From Escherichia coli (lineage in GTDB: Bacteria; Pseudomonadota; Gammaproteobacteria; Enterobacterales; Enterobacteriaceae), in assembly GCF_001677475.2 (NCBI RefSeq), contig NZ_CP015229.1: a stretch of DNA of 64,000 nucleotides; one strand, given 5' to 3'. Below, piece after piece: positions 63,603 to 64,000 of this stretch (position 1 is the first letter of the stretch; the number at the start of each line of letters is the position of its first letter). A program made the position numbers and the translations under genes. Under the pieces are notes generated by a model. It saw nothing but the letters and a program-made list of their open reading frames with translations, was not told the DNA's origin and did not search any database.

Positions 63603-64000
63603 ATGGGATTGTTTACGACCCGCCAGTTGCTCGGTTATACCGAACAAAAAGTGAAATATCGTGCGCTGTTTCTGGAGCTGTTTTTCCGCCGTACGGTGAA
63701 TTTCCATACCGAAGAGGTGATGCTGGACAAAATTACCGGAAAAACGCCGGTGGCGGCCTATGTCTCCCCGGTTGTTGAAGGAAAAGTGCTGCGTCATCGT
63801 GGTGGTGAAACCCGCGTGTTGCGTCCGGGCTACGTCAAGCCGAAACACGAATTTAATTACCAGCAGGCGGTTGAGCGCCTTCCTGGTGAAGATCCATCTC
63901 AACTGAACGATCCGGCTTACCGCCGTCTGCGTATCATTACCGATAACCTCAAACAGGAAGAGCACGCGATTGTCCAGGTGGAAGAAATGCAGGCGGTAAA
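63603..64000 (+). CDS. E: Major capsid protein (gpE-like), 5' part; continues beyond window
   Basis: Own translation from ATG ~63603: MGLFTTRQLLGYTEQKVKYRALFLELFFRRTVNFHTEEVMLDKITGKTPVAAYVSPVVEG...; RBS AAAGGAACTG. Confidence 0.8.
   Translation, partial: MGLFTTRQLLGYTEQKVKYRALFLELFFRRTVNFHTEEVMLDKITGKTPVAAYVSPVVEGKVLRHRGGETRVLRPGYVKPKHEFNYQQAVERLPGEDPSQLNDPAYRRLRIITDNLKQEEHAIVQVEEMQAV

Noticed and set aside
63177-63965. 262-aa minus-strand ORF
   Set aside because: Antisense to the gpD and gpE capsid genes.

Overview
This window looks like an Escherichia coli chromosomal segment from the K-12 hsdR..yjjG neighbourhood, carrying two large accessory insertions. All identifications are by eye from the sequence and the ORF track; no searches were run. 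Core genes in conserved order: partial type I restriction R subunit, yjiA, yjiX, btsT/yjiY, tsr, lgoT-lgoR-lgoD, opgB, yjjA, dnaC, dnaT, yjjB, yjjP, yjjQ-bglJ, fhuF, yjjZ, three tRNA-Leu(CAG) genes, rsmC, holD, rimI, yjjG. Accessory content: (1) between hsdR and yjiA, where K-12 has mrr, an AT-rich orphan membrane-protein gene plus a small ORF; (2) an ~11 kb 4-hydroxyphenylacetate (hpa) catabolic island between btsT and tsr, as in E. coli W/B/C; (3) from ~35.05 kb to the window end, a lambdoid prophage inserted after yjjG where prfC is expected. The prophage is mosaic: integrase, orphan AT-rich gene, excisionase, yfdP/Q/R-like early genes, cI/cro immunity switch, replication/nin-like module (Rha, DnaT-like organiser, PerC-like, Dam methyltransferase, RusA, KilA-N, DUF968, Q), a Qin-like lysis module with cspF/cspB/cspI, a lambda-type cos site, and lambda-like head genes Nu1-A-W-B-C-D-E. 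The best candidates for undescribed functions are the orphan genes at 907-1875 and 36822-37955, the two-gene insertion inside the lysis cassette (52783-53542), an ORF-free structured region downstream of cI, and a frameshifted gene at a G6 tract (42624-42952). No CRISPR array, IS transposase, rRNA or Shiga-toxin genes were seen. Coordinates read directly off the sequence (hairpins, operators, cos) may be off by 1-2 nt.
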